Below are positions 26,261-35,578 of a DNA stretch of 64,000 nucleotides, piece by piece. The position numbers and the translations under genes were made by a program. The notes under the pieces were generated by a model. That model ran no database searches and was not told the DNA's origin. It saw nothing but the letters and a program-made list of their open reading frames with translations. Source of the DNA: Abditibacteriota bacterium (GTDB taxonomy: Bacteria; Armatimonadota; UBA5829); NCBI GenBank assembly GCA_017552965.1, contig JAFZNQ010000076.1, positions 22,035 through 86,034 on the forward strand, written 5' to 3'. Position 1 is the stretch's first letter; every line of letters starts with the position of its first letter.

Positions 26261-26962
26261 TCAAACAGACAGGCCTACGGACTTCACCACGCTCACCCAC
26301 ACGTCCACGCTGATGAACAGGCAGACGTGCAGCACGAAGCCCGGCAGGAAGGATTTGCAGTAATAGGCGGCAAGGCCCAGGGCCAGGCCCCCTACCCCCG
26401 ACAGCACCACTTCCACCGTGGGCTTGCCCAGGTGCAGCAGCACAAAGGGCACGGCCTGTATCATGATGCCCCACAGGCCGAAGGATCTGGCCATGCCCAG
26501 CGTCAGGAAGCCCCGGAAGAAAAACTCCCAGGCAAATATATACATGGCGTAGAGCACCTCCGCATACACCATGCGTCCCAGATCCATGTCAAAGGGATTG
26601 GCGGAGAAGAACAGATTTTCCGCCTCTCTGAAATGCTTGAAGATGGGATAGTATTCCTGCAGCTGGGGTATGAGCCTGGAGGGGAGATAGGACCCCAGCA
26701 CGGTCAGCACCGCCAGCGCGGCGCACACGGACCAGACCACCTTTGGGTTTTCGGGCATGCGCATGCCAAAGGCGCCCTTGTCCTCGTTGAACAGGAATAA
26801 TATGATCAGTGTCGGCACGAACCACAGCCACAGCAGATTGCCGGTGATGTAGGTGTTGAAATCGTTGTCCAGATGGTTGAAGCGCCACACCATATAGCTG
26901 ATCAATGCGCCGGCCGCCAGGGTCACCCAGCCGATATATCGGTTTTTCTTATCAGCCTTCAT
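26261..26962 (-). CDS. CPBP-family intramembrane glutamic endopeptidase (CAAX protease-like)
   Basis: The ATG at 26962 forms an ATGA overlap with the gpsA stop. It is multi-TM and has motifs WEFFFRG, FVLLH and FVLHVCLF. The ORF-track extension to 27274 is an out-of-frame overlap with gpsA. Confidence 0.8.
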   Translation of the reverse strand: MKADKKNRYIGWVTLAAGALISYMVWRFNHLDNDFNTYITGNLLWLWFVPTLIILFLFNEDKGAFGMRMPENPKVVWSVCAALAVLTVLGSYLPSRLIPQLQEYYPIFKHFREAENLFFSANPFDMDLGRMVYAEVLYAMYIFAWEFFFRGFLTLGMARSFGLWGIMIQAVPFVLLHLGKPTVEVVLSGVGGLALGLAAYYCKSFLPGFVLHVCLFISVDVWVSVVKSVGLSV

Positions 26963-27957
26963 TCGTTCTTTTGCTCCCTCGTCATGAGATCGATCACTGC
27001 GGCCCGGGGGTCCTTGCCTTCCTTCAGTATGCTGTATATCTCCCGGGTGATGGGCATATCTATGCCGTATTTTTCCGACAGCAGCATGGCGGCAAAACAG
27101 GAGGGCACTCCCTCCGCCACCTGTCCCAGCTTTTCCCGGGCCTCGTCCAGGCTCAGACCCTCCGCCAGCATGATGCCCAGCCGGAAGTTGCGGGACAGGA
27201 TGCTGGAGCTGGTGGTGATCATATCGCCCAGGCCCGACAGCCCGTAAAAGGTCTCTTTTCGGCCGCCCAGACACACTCCCAGCCGGGTGATCTCACCCAG
27301 ACCTCTGGTCTGGATGGCGGCCTTGGTGTTGTCCCCGAAGCCCATGCCCGCGGATATGCCGCAGGCGATAGCCAGTATGTTCTTGAGAGAGCCCCCGGCC
27401 TCTACCCCTATGACGTCGTCGGTAGTGTAGGCTCTCAGCAGGTCGGAGGACAGAAGCTTCTGAAAGAACCGGGTATTCTTTTCGTTTTTCCCCGCCAGCA
27501 CGGTGCAGCCCGGCTTGCCCGCCACGAATTCCATGGCCAGATTGGGGCCGGACAGGATCACCGCATCCGCCGCAAAGGCTTCGCCCGCCACCTGAGTGAT
27601 GATCTGGGTCTCTCTCAGACCGGTGGAGGCCTCCAGTCCCTTGCCCGCGTTGAGAAAAGGCAGGTCCCGGCCTCCGGGGACTGTCATCAGCTCCGTAAGC
27701 ACCGAGCGAAAAGCGTTGCTGGGGATAGCCATGACGATGCACTCGCTCCCCTCCAGGGCTTCCCTCATGTCCAGAGTGGCGGTCACCGTATCCGCAAAAA
27801 GATAGTCCTTGGTGTAGTAGGTGTTCTTGTGCTCCCTGTTGATGCAGTCGCACACGGAAGCCTCGTTGGTCCAGATCCTTACGCTGTGGCCGTTCCGGGA
27901 TATGAGCATGGAGAGAGCGCTCCCCCAGCTGCCGCCGCCTAATACAGTAACCTTCAT
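26959..27957 (-). CDS. gpsA: NAD(P)H-dependent glycerol-3-phosphate dehydrogenase
   Basis: MKVTVLGGGSWGSAL Rossmann start, and the conserved GLKNILAIACGI-type core (GGSLKNILAIACGISAGMG). Confidence 0.95.
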   Translation of the reverse strand: MKVTVLGGGSWGSALSMLISRNGHSVRIWTNEASVCDCINREHKNTYYTKDYLFADTVTATLDMREALEGSECIVMAIPSNAFRSVLTELMTVPGGRDLPFLNAGKGLEASTGLRETQIITQVAGEAFAADAVILSGPNLAMEFVAGKPGCTVLAGKNEKNTRFFQKLLSSDLLRAYTTDDVIGVEAGGSLKNILAIACGISAGMGFGDNTKAAIQTRGLGEITRLGVCLGGRKETFYGLSGLGDMITTSSSILSRNFRLGIMLAEGLSLDEAREKLGQVAEGVPSCFAAMLLSEKYGIDMPITREIYSILKEGKDPRAAVIDLMTREQKNE

Positions 27958-29039
27958 GTCAGCACGTCCAGTATGATCTTTGTGATGTTTTCCGCCGCAT
28001 TGGGCACCGCGGCTGCCGCCGCGCCTTCTCTCATGCGGTCCAGCACGTTGCCGCTTCTCAGCTTTTTGATCTGTTCGCAGAGCAGCTCGGCGCTGAGCTC
28101 GCTGTCCCGGATCACCTGACAGCCGCCGGCGTTCCTGTAGGCTATGGCGTTGTGATACTGGTGGTCGCCGGCCGCGTAGGGATAGGGTATCAGCACGGCA
28201 GGTATCCCGGCAGCCTGGAGCTCGCAGGTGGTGCTGGCCCCGGCCCTGCCTATGACCAGATCCGCGCAGGCAAAGGCCTGAGGCATGTCCAGAAAGCCGA
28301 AGGCCTTGTAGTTGCCGCCCCGGTAGTCCGCCATGTCATCCAGCACGCCCTGCAGCTTCTTGGCGCCGGTCTGATGTATGACGTATATATCCTTGGCGAG
28401 GCCCTTTTTCACCATGTCCACCACCGCGCGGTTGATGGATTCGGCCCCCTGACTGCCGCCGCAGGCCAGCACGGTAAACATCCCCCGGCCTATGCCCAGG
28501 GCTTCGGCCGCCTCCTCCCGGGAGGGCAGACGGAAAAATTCTTCCCGCACCGGCAGGCCCGTCAGGACCGTCTTCCCCGAGGGAAAGCCCTTGGCCGCCT
28601 CGGGAAAGGTGATGCACACGCAGGAAGCGTAGCCCGACACCTGCAGATTGGCCTTGCCCGGCACGGAGTTCTGCTCGTGGACCACTATGGGCAGGCGCCT
28701 TTTCTTGGCCGCCACATAGACGGGAGAGCACACGTAGCCGCCGGTCCCGAAGACCAGGTCCGCCCCAAAACGGTCCAGCAGTCTGCCCGCAAGGTTGATG
28801 CCTCCCACCAAATCTCTGAGGGCGCCTATGCAGCGCGGTGACAGCAGCTGGTTCAGGGGGCAGGCAGGCACCGCTTCAAAATCGATCCCCGCTTCCTGAG
28901 CGGCAGCGGCCTCGGGCCCTTTTTCCGTCCCGATATACAGCAGCTGCGCCTGAGGCACCCTCTTTCTGATATATTCAGCCACGGCCACGGCAGGATACAC
29001 GTGTCCTCCCGTTCCGCCGCCGGTGATGACTATATTCAC
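27954..29039 (-). CDS. murG: UDP-N-acetylglucosamine--lipid I N-acetylglucosamine transferase
   Basis: ITGGGTGGHVYPA N-terminus. It sits in the dcw context and has 4-nt overlaps on both sides. Confidence 0.95.
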   Translation of the reverse strand: MNIVITGGGTGGHVYPAVAVAEYIRKRVPQAQLLYIGTEKGPEAAAAQEAGIDFEAVPACPLNQLLSPRCIGALRDLVGGINLAGRLLDRFGADLVFGTGGYVCSPVYVAAKKRRLPIVVHEQNSVPGKANLQVSGYASCVCITFPEAAKGFPSGKTVLTGLPVREEFFRLPSREEAAEALGIGRGMFTVLACGGSQGAESINRAVVDMVKKGLAKDIYVIHQTGAKKLQGVLDDMADYRGGNYKAFGFLDMPQAFACADLVIGRAGASTTCELQAAGIPAVLIPYPYAAGDHQYHNAIAYRNAGGCQVIRDSELSAELLCEQIKKLRSGNVLDRMREGAAAAAVPNAAENITKIILDVLT

Positions 29040-30253
29040 CTGACGCCTCCCCGATAACGGCTTCTTCCCCCTCTCTTCCCGGGCTCTCCGGGAGCAAAGG
29101 CGTTGCTGAGGCTGAAAGCCGGCTTTTTCTTAAAATATATTTTCAGTTCCTTGGGCTTCTTGTCGGCGTTCATGGAGGCTATCTTTAGCAGGCTCATCAG
29201 CAAAAAGCAGGCGATGATGGAGCTGCCTCCGTAGCTGACAAAGGGCAGACACACTCCCGTGGAGGGGAGTATGTTCAGGGTCACGGCTATGTTCAGAAAG
29301 GCCTGAAACAGTATGAAGGACGCGGAGGTCAGAGCCAGTATCCGGCAATATCTGCTCCTGCTCCGGGCAAATATGGACCAGGCGGTCCCCATCAGGACGC
29401 AATAGACCAGTATCAGCACTATGCAGCCCACGCAGCCCAGCTCCTCCGCTATGGTGGTGAATATGTAGTCGTTGGCGGGCTCGGGTATGATGTATTTGGC
29501 GTGCCCGTTGCCGAAGCCGCATCCGAACAGACCGGCGGAGGCTATGGAGGCCAGACTCTTCAATACCTGGTCCCCCTCCTGCGCGGCGTAGGACACCGGG
29601 TCCAGCCAGGCGGCGATACGCATCTGCCTGAAGGCGTCTCCGTGCATGAGGACGTAAAAGCCGGCCAGCATGCCGGAGCCCATCAGGCCGATGAAGTATT
29701 TCATATGCATTCCGCCCACGTAGAGTCCCGCCAGGAACACGCAGCCGTACAGGATGCCCGTGGACATGTTGTTGATGGCCACCAGCCCGCAGATGCCGAA
29801 GAGCAGCAGATAGACCATCCACTCCATGACTGTGGGAGCGTTGGTCTGCTCCGTGACTATCCAGGCCATGCCCAGACAAAAGGCGGGCTTTATGAGCTCG
29901 GAGGGCTGAAGGCTCATACCGCCTATGCTGAGCCATCGGACGGCGCCGTTGGCCTCGGAGCCGGAAAAGGTCACTGCCAGCATGACCGCCATACTGACAA
30001 AGAGCAGCGGGACGGTGCACCTTTTCAGCAGCATCAGCCAATCCTTATAATACACGGCAAATGGCACCAAGACATAAAAAATGGCCGCAATGATGCCGAA
30101 CCCCAGCTGCTTGTAGGCTCTCAGAAACAAAGCGCCGCCGCCCGCGCTCCTGTCCAGAGCGCAGGTGTCGAATATCATGACCAGCCCGAACAGGGGCAGG
30201 AGTATGCACAGGATATCCAGCAGCTTGTTTGCCGATTGGGCCTTGCTATCCAT
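29036..30253 (-). CDS. ftsW: FtsW/RodA/SpoVE-family peptidoglycan glycosyltransferase (SEDS)
   Basis: About 10 TM helices, a conserved SEDS C-terminal block (LPSTGVCLPFVSYGGSS), and a position between murD and murG. Confidence 0.9.
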   Translation of the reverse strand: MDSKAQSANKLLDILCILLPLFGLVMIFDTCALDRSAGGGALFLRAYKQLGFGIIAAIFYVLVPFAVYYKDWLMLLKRCTVPLLFVSMAVMLAVTFSGSEANGAVRWLSIGGMSLQPSELIKPAFCLGMAWIVTEQTNAPTVMEWMVYLLLFGICGLVAINNMSTGILYGCVFLAGLYVGGMHMKYFIGLMGSGMLAGFYVLMHGDAFRQMRIAAWLDPVSYAAQEGDQVLKSLASIASAGLFGCGFGNGHAKYIIPEPANDYIFTTIAEELGCVGCIVLILVYCVLMGTAWSIFARSRSRYCRILALTSASFILFQAFLNIAVTLNILPSTGVCLPFVSYGGSSIIACFLLMSLLKIASMNADKKPKELKIYFKKKPAFSLSNAFAPGEPGKRGGRSRYRGGVR

Positions 30254-31640
30254 TGTCCGAGAGCTCCTTTACGCAGGCTGCGAACTGCTCCCCTCTGTCC
30301 TGGAAGCCGGAAAACATGTCAAAGCTGGCGCAGCCGGGAGTCAGGGCCACCGTGTCTCCGGGCCGGGCTTTCTCCGCCGCGGTCAGGACCGCTTCCTTCA
30401 GGGTCCCGGCGGGGCAGCAGGCTTCAAAGCCCTCCTTCCGGAAGGCGTCGAGGATCTTGTCTCTGTCCACGCCTATGACCACAGCATAGGAGCAGGTCTC
30501 TTTGACTGCCCGGGCAAAGTCCGTGAAATCGGAGCCCTTGTCCTTGCCTCCGCATATGAGCACCTGGCCCCCCTCCACAGCCCTGACGGAGCTGACGGCG
30601 GCCTGTACGTTGGTGCACATGGAATTGTTGACGTATCTGACGCCCTTTATCTCGCATATGGTCTCCATGCGGTGGCTGACCCCTCCGAAGCCCGCAAGGG
30701 CCCTGTGGACGCCGGCAGAGGCAAAGTCCCTGACGAGGAGTATGGCCGCCATGGCGTTGGCTATATTGTGCCGGCCGGGCACCTGCAGACAGGAGGTATC
30801 CAGTATCTCCTCCTCTGCGCCATTGTCGCAATAGATGATCTTGCCGTCCCGACAGTAGCAGCCTCTTTCCACCGGATGCTCCAGTGAAAAGGTATAGACC
30901 CGGCTCCCGAGGCGGTCCTTCAGACCGGAGACAAAGGGGTCGTCGTCGTTGAGGACGGCCCGGGCATCCTCCTTCTGATAACGGAAGAGCTTGGCCTTGA
31001 GGGCCGCGTAGTTTTCCCGGGTGCCGTGCCTGTCCAGATGGTCCGTGCCTACGTTGAGAAGAGCGGCTCCGGCGGGAGCGAAGGTGTTGCACCTCTCCAG
31101 CTGAAAGGTGGATATCTCGCACACTATCACCGAGTCGGCCTCGGCCTTGCCCACGCACTCAATGAGGGTGAGCCCCTCCCGGCTCCGGCAGCTGACGGAG
31201 GGCTTGTAGCCCGCCACGTTGCCGCCGATAAAATAGTCCAGCCCGCTCTCCTTCAATATCTTGCCGGCCATGACCGTAGTGGTGGTCTTGCCGTTGGTGC
31301 CGGTGACTGCCAGTATGGGACAGGGGCTGAGGCGCCAGGCCAGCTCTATCTCCGATATGATCTCGATGCCCCGGCTGTCGGCTTCGGCGAAGAAGGGAGC
31401 CGTGGGAGGTATGCCGGGAGACACGACGATCTGATCCGTGTTGTCCAGGTCTATATCGTTGGACCGGCAATACACGGTGACGCCTTTGTTCATAAGGTCG
31501 AGGATATCGTCCGCCTTGTCATTGAAGGAGCACATGTCATACACGGACACCTTCGCCCCTTCTTCGGCAAGTCTTTCTGCGCAGGCCTTGCCGGATCTGG
31601 CCAGGCCCACTACGGACACGTTCTTCCCTGAATACTCCAT
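30246..31640 (-). CDS. murD: UDP-N-acetylmuramoylalanine--D-glutamate ligase
   Basis: VVGLARSGKA and GTNGKTTT motifs. dcw order. Confidence 0.95.
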   Translation of the reverse strand: MEYSGKNVSVVGLARSGKACAERLAEEGAKVSVYDMCSFNDKADDILDLMNKGVTVYCRSNDIDLDNTDQIVVSPGIPPTAPFFAEADSRGIEIISEIELAWRLSPCPILAVTGTNGKTTTTVMAGKILKESGLDYFIGGNVAGYKPSVSCRSREGLTLIECVGKAEADSVIVCEISTFQLERCNTFAPAGAALLNVGTDHLDRHGTRENYAALKAKLFRYQKEDARAVLNDDDPFVSGLKDRLGSRVYTFSLEHPVERGCYCRDGKIIYCDNGAEEEILDTSCLQVPGRHNIANAMAAILLVRDFASAGVHRALAGFGGVSHRMETICEIKGVRYVNNSMCTNVQAAVSSVRAVEGGQVLICGGKDKGSDFTDFARAVKETCSYAVVIGVDRDKILDAFRKEGFEACCPAGTLKEAVLTAAEKARPGDTVALTPGCASFDMFSGFQDRGEQFAACVKELSDNG

Positions 31641-31641
31641 G

Positions 31642-32715
31642 TTACAATACTATTCTCCCAATACCCATCAATACAGCCGCCATGCTGCACAGGAAGGTGA
31701 TGATACAGGCTCTCGCGGTGATCTTCTGCTCGGGGATCCCCTTCATTTCAAAATGATGATGGACGGGCGCCTTGAGAAAGAGCCTCTGTCCCTCTCCCCG
31801 GGTGATCCGGGTATATTTGAACCAGGCCCACTGAATGACCGTGGAAAAGCCGTCCAGCACAAACACCAGCGCTGCGGCAAAAACAACGAGCTCATAATGA
31901 GTGACGATGCCCCAGCCTATAAGGGCAGAGCCCAGAAAGAGAGACCCTGTGTCTCCCATGAACACTCTGGCCGGATTGGAATTGAGATACAAAAAGGCCA
32001 AAGAGGCTCCGCAGATGCACAGGAGCCAGGGCGACACGAGACAGAGCCCCAAGACCAGGCAGATGACAGCTGTCATGCCCCCTGCCAGACCGTCCAGACC
32101 GTCGGTGATATTGACAAAATTCACAAAGGCGGTGGCCACCAGGCTCATGCCGGCTGTATAGACGTATTTCAGCCACAGGCTGCTGTCAAAGATGCCGGGG
32201 GCTCCGTTTGCCCGCACCGATGAGTACACGAAACACACCCCCACGGCCAGCTGCAGCAGGGCCTTGGGTGTGCTTTTGATGCCCCGTATCCCCCGTTTTG
32301 GGAACACCGTGAGCCAGTCGTCAACGGCTCCGATAAGGGCATTGGCCAAAGCGTAACAGAGCAGAGGACAAATGTGCTCCCAGGCGTTATATGAGCTCCC
32401 GAAATACCGGTACTCATGCAACAACAGATACAATGCCACCGATACGAATACGATCATCAGGCCGCCCATGGTGGGAGTCCCCGCCTTGCCGGTATGAAAG
32501 TCCGGCGCGTCCGGAGATATCCTCTGTCCCAGCTTCAGATCAAAAAGAAGCCTCATTACCGCAGGCATGACGGCAAGTCCCAGCGCACAGGCGGCAAAGA
32601 CGATGACAAAGCCGCCGAGGGAGAAATTCCGAAAAGGAAGGGAGTTAAAAGTTTCTTTCCACTCGGGAACAAAGAGCAGAAAATCTCTTAAAGAACCTAT
32701 TATATAGTCCGGCAT
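31642..32715 (-). CDS. mraY: phospho-N-acetylmuramoyl-pentapeptide transferase
   Basis: NITDGLDGLAGG motif, about 10 TM helices, PTMGG loop. Confidence 0.95.
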   Translation of the reverse strand: MPDYIIGSLRDFLLFVPEWKETFNSLPFRNFSLGGFVIVFAACALGLAVMPAVMRLLFDLKLGQRISPDAPDFHTGKAGTPTMGGLMIVFVSVALYLLLHEYRYFGSSYNAWEHICPLLCYALANALIGAVDDWLTVFPKRGIRGIKSTPKALLQLAVGVCFVYSSVRANGAPGIFDSSLWLKYVYTAGMSLVATAFVNFVNITDGLDGLAGGMTAVICLVLGLCLVSPWLLCICGASLAFLYLNSNPARVFMGDTGSLFLGSALIGWGIVTHYELVVFAAALVFVLDGFSTVIQWAWFKYTRITRGEGQRLFLKAPVHHHFEMKGIPEQKITARACIITFLCSMAAVLMGIGRIVL

Positions 32716-32726
32716 AACCTGTACCT

Positions 32727-34091
32727 CTACATATTGATCAGCAGCAGACTGATGCGCTCCATCTTCATGGACCGGGACCCTTTTACCAGCACGCAGTCGC
32801 CGGAGCGGAAATCTCCGTCGCGGATGGACTCGGACATGGCTGCGGAGGACTCAAAGCGGCTGATACGGGCCGGGTCCATACCGGCGGCAGCCGCCCCTTC
32901 CGCCACGTGTCCGGACAATTCTCCCACGCAGCAGAGCCGGTCTATCTGCAGTCTGGCCACAGTCCTGCCCAGCTCATAGTGCAGCTCCTCGGCATAATCC
33001 CCCAGCTCCAGCATATCGCCCAGTATGGCGGTCCTGGTGCGTCCCGGCAGCCGGGCAAGGGTCCTGACGGCCCCGTCCATGGAGGCGGGATTGGCATTGT
33101 AGGTGTCGTCTATGACCGTGAGCCCGGAGGGAGAGGTGATCACGTTGAAGCGCTTGTCTATGTTCCTGTATTCCGCCAGCTTCCCGCGGATATAGTCCTC
33201 GGACACTCCGCAGTAGAGGGCGCAGCCCACGGCGGCCAGAGCGTTGATCATATAGTGCTCCGCCAGAGTGGGTATAAAGAGCTCCGTCAGGACTCCGAAG
33301 GGAGTCACCGCAGAAAACCGGATGCCCTCGCCGGACAGGCGGGGGTCAACGGGATATATATCCGCATCCGAATTGGCTCCAAAGGTAAAAAAACGACCCT
33401 TGCAGGCGTTTCTCAGTCTCTTGTGGTATCTGCCGTCCCAGTTCACAAAGGCGGCTCCGGAGGGAGCCAGCGCTTCCAGCAGCTCCGCCTTGGCGGAGGC
33501 TATGTTGTCCTGAGTCTTCAGCAGCTCTATGTGGGACAGGCCTATATTGGTGATGATGCCTATATCCGGCCGGGCTATCCTGCACAGATAGGCGATCTGC
33601 CCGGGGCCTCTCATGCCCATCTCCGTCACCAGAGTCCGGGTGTCTTCTCCGGCCTGGAGCACGGTCAGGGGAAGCCCTATCTCATTGTTGAAATTGGCGT
33701 GGGTCTTGACACAGGGCCCCAGCTCCTCCAGCAGCGAAGCGGTCATCTCCTTGGTGGAGGTCTTGCCCACCGAGCCCGTGATACCTATGGTCAGAGCGGG
33801 ACACCGGCTGCGGTGAAAGGCGGCAAAGTCCCCCAGGGCCTTCAGTGTGTCCGGCACCCGTATCACGGGAAAAGCCAGACCCTCCACAGGTCTGGACACC
33901 ACCGCCGCGGCGCAGTCCTTCAGGCCCTGCAGGTAGTTGTGTCCGTCGTGGGTGTCGCCTATAAGGGCAAAAAACACCTCGCCCGGTCTGATGGCGCGGG
34001 TGTCGGTGGATATTCCTTCTATGACGGCGTCTCCGTCTCTGTCCGGCTTGCCGCCCAGGGCGGCAGCCACCTCATTCAGGGTGTATCTCAT
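32727..34091 (-). CDS. murF: UDP-N-acetylmuramoyl-tripeptide--D-alanyl-D-alanine ligase
   Basis: GITGSVGKTSTKEM P-loop. Follows murE with a 4-nt overlap. Confidence 0.95.
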   Translation of the reverse strand: MRYTLNEVAAALGGKPDRDGDAVIEGISTDTRAIRPGEVFFALIGDTHDGHNYLQGLKDCAAAVVSRPVEGLAFPVIRVPDTLKALGDFAAFHRSRCPALTIGITGSVGKTSTKEMTASLLEELGPCVKTHANFNNEIGLPLTVLQAGEDTRTLVTEMGMRGPGQIAYLCRIARPDIGIITNIGLSHIELLKTQDNIASAKAELLEALAPSGAAFVNWDGRYHKRLRNACKGRFFTFGANSDADIYPVDPRLSGEGIRFSAVTPFGVLTELFIPTLAEHYMINALAAVGCALYCGVSEDYIRGKLAEYRNIDKRFNVITSPSGLTVIDDTYNANPASMDGAVRTLARLPGRTRTAILGDMLELGDYAEELHYELGRTVARLQIDRLCCVGELSGHVAEGAAAAGMDPARISRFESSAAMSESIRDGDFRSGDCVLVKGSRSMKMERISLLLINM

Positions 34092-35560
34092 ATGGCCTTC
34101 AGCGCATCCTCCGCCACCTTCAGGTCGTTGAAGTCCAGCCTGACGCCTTTTATTTCCTGATAGCCCTCGTGGCCCTTGCCGGCGATGACCACCAGATCGT
34201 CCTTTTTGGCCTCCCGGATGATCTCCCGGATAGCCTTTCTCCTGTCCGGCTCCACGGTCCAGCGGGCAGAGTATTCCCCGGGTATGCCGGAGATGATCTC
34301 CCGGATGATGTCCATGGGCTCCTCATATCTGGGGTTGTCGGAGGAGATCACGGCCCTGTCGCTGTTGGTGATGGCTATGCGGCCCATGATGGGTCTCTTG
34401 CCCCGGTCTCTGTTGCCTCCGCAGCCGAAGAGGGTCAGCAGGCGGCCCTTGGTGAGCTTTCTGGCGGATATGAGCAGCTTTTCCAGCTCGTCCGGGGTAT
34501 GGGCATAATCCACGATCACCGAAAAGCCTCTGTCGCACTTGACCGCCTGGAACCTGCCGCTGACGGGCTGGCACAGCTCGATGCCCTTCTTGATGTCCGG
34601 CAGGCTGATGCCGTCGGCGTAGCATATGGCCGCCGCAGCCAGCACGTTGGAAATGTTGAATTCGCCGCCCATATGAAAATACACGGGCACGCACACGTCC
34701 CCTACGCACAGGGTAAACTCCACGTGATCCGCATACACGGAGGCGTCCCTTCCCGTGACGTCCGCCTCGCCGGTCTGGCTGAAGGTCACCACCTGTCCCC
34801 TGCATTTGCTGATGATCTCCCGGGAAAAGGTGTCGTCCAGGTTCACCACGCTGACTGCATCGGGGCCGGCGTATTCGGTGAAGAGCTTCAGCTTGGCTTC
34901 CTTGTAGGCGTCGGCGGTCTTGTGATAATCCAGATGGTCTCTGGCTATATTCAAAAAGGCGCAGATGTCAAAGTCGCACTTTTCCACCCTGCCCTGATCC
35001 AGAGCGTGGGAGGAGCACTCCATGACGCAGGCTCCGGCGCCGCAGTCAGTCATGTTGGCAAATATCTCCTGGAGCTCCCGGGAAAGAGGCGTGGTATGGG
35101 AGGATGCCGCCGCCTGATCGCCTATGGCCACCTTGATGGTGCCTATGAGGCCGGTCTTTATGCCGGCGTTGTTCAATATGGAATACACTATGTGGCTGAC
35201 GGTGGTCTTGCCGCTGGTGCCGGTGATGCCTATGAGCTTCATCTTCCGGGAGGGATAGTCAAAAAACCGGGCGGAGGCCTGAGCCATGGATATGAGGGCG
35301 TTGGACGACCTGATGTAGCCTATCCCCGCCGGCAGGTCCAGAGTCTCGGGAGCCTTTTCGCAGAGCACGGCGGCGGCGCCGCCCTTTATGGCGTCGGGGA
35401 TATATCTGGCCCCGTCCGTGTTGGAGCCGTTTATAGCCACAAAGAGACACCCGGGCCGGACCTTGCGGGAATCATAGCATATATCGGTGATGTCCGCTTC
35501 GGTAAAGATCACCTGCCCGGCATTGTCTATGCCATTTACTAAATCTCTGAATTTCATCAT
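34088..35560 (-). CDS. murE: UDP-N-acetylmuramoyl-L-alanyl-D-glutamate--2,6-diaminopimelate ligase
   Basis: GITGTSGKTT P-loop. The DNPR motif (SSDNPRYE) is the signature I associate with meso-DAP-adding MurE. Confidence 0.95.
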   Translation of the reverse strand: MMKFRDLVNGIDNAGQVIFTEADITDICYDSRKVRPGCLFVAINGSNTDGARYIPDAIKGGAAAVLCEKAPETLDLPAGIGYIRSSNALISMAQASARFFDYPSRKMKLIGITGTSGKTTVSHIVYSILNNAGIKTGLIGTIKVAIGDQAAASSHTTPLSRELQEIFANMTDCGAGACVMECSSHALDQGRVEKCDFDICAFLNIARDHLDYHKTADAYKEAKLKLFTEYAGPDAVSVVNLDDTFSREIISKCRGQVVTFSQTGEADVTGRDASVYADHVEFTLCVGDVCVPVYFHMGGEFNISNVLAAAAICYADGISLPDIKKGIELCQPVSGRFQAVKCDRGFSVIVDYAHTPDELEKLLISARKLTKGRLLTLFGCGGNRDRGKRPIMGRIAITNSDRAVISSDNPRYEEPMDIIREIISGIPGEYSARWTVEPDRRKAIREIIREAKKDDLVVIAGKGHEGYQEIKGVRLDFNDLKVAEDALKAI

Positions 35561-35578
35561 ACTCTCCCGGTAATGCGC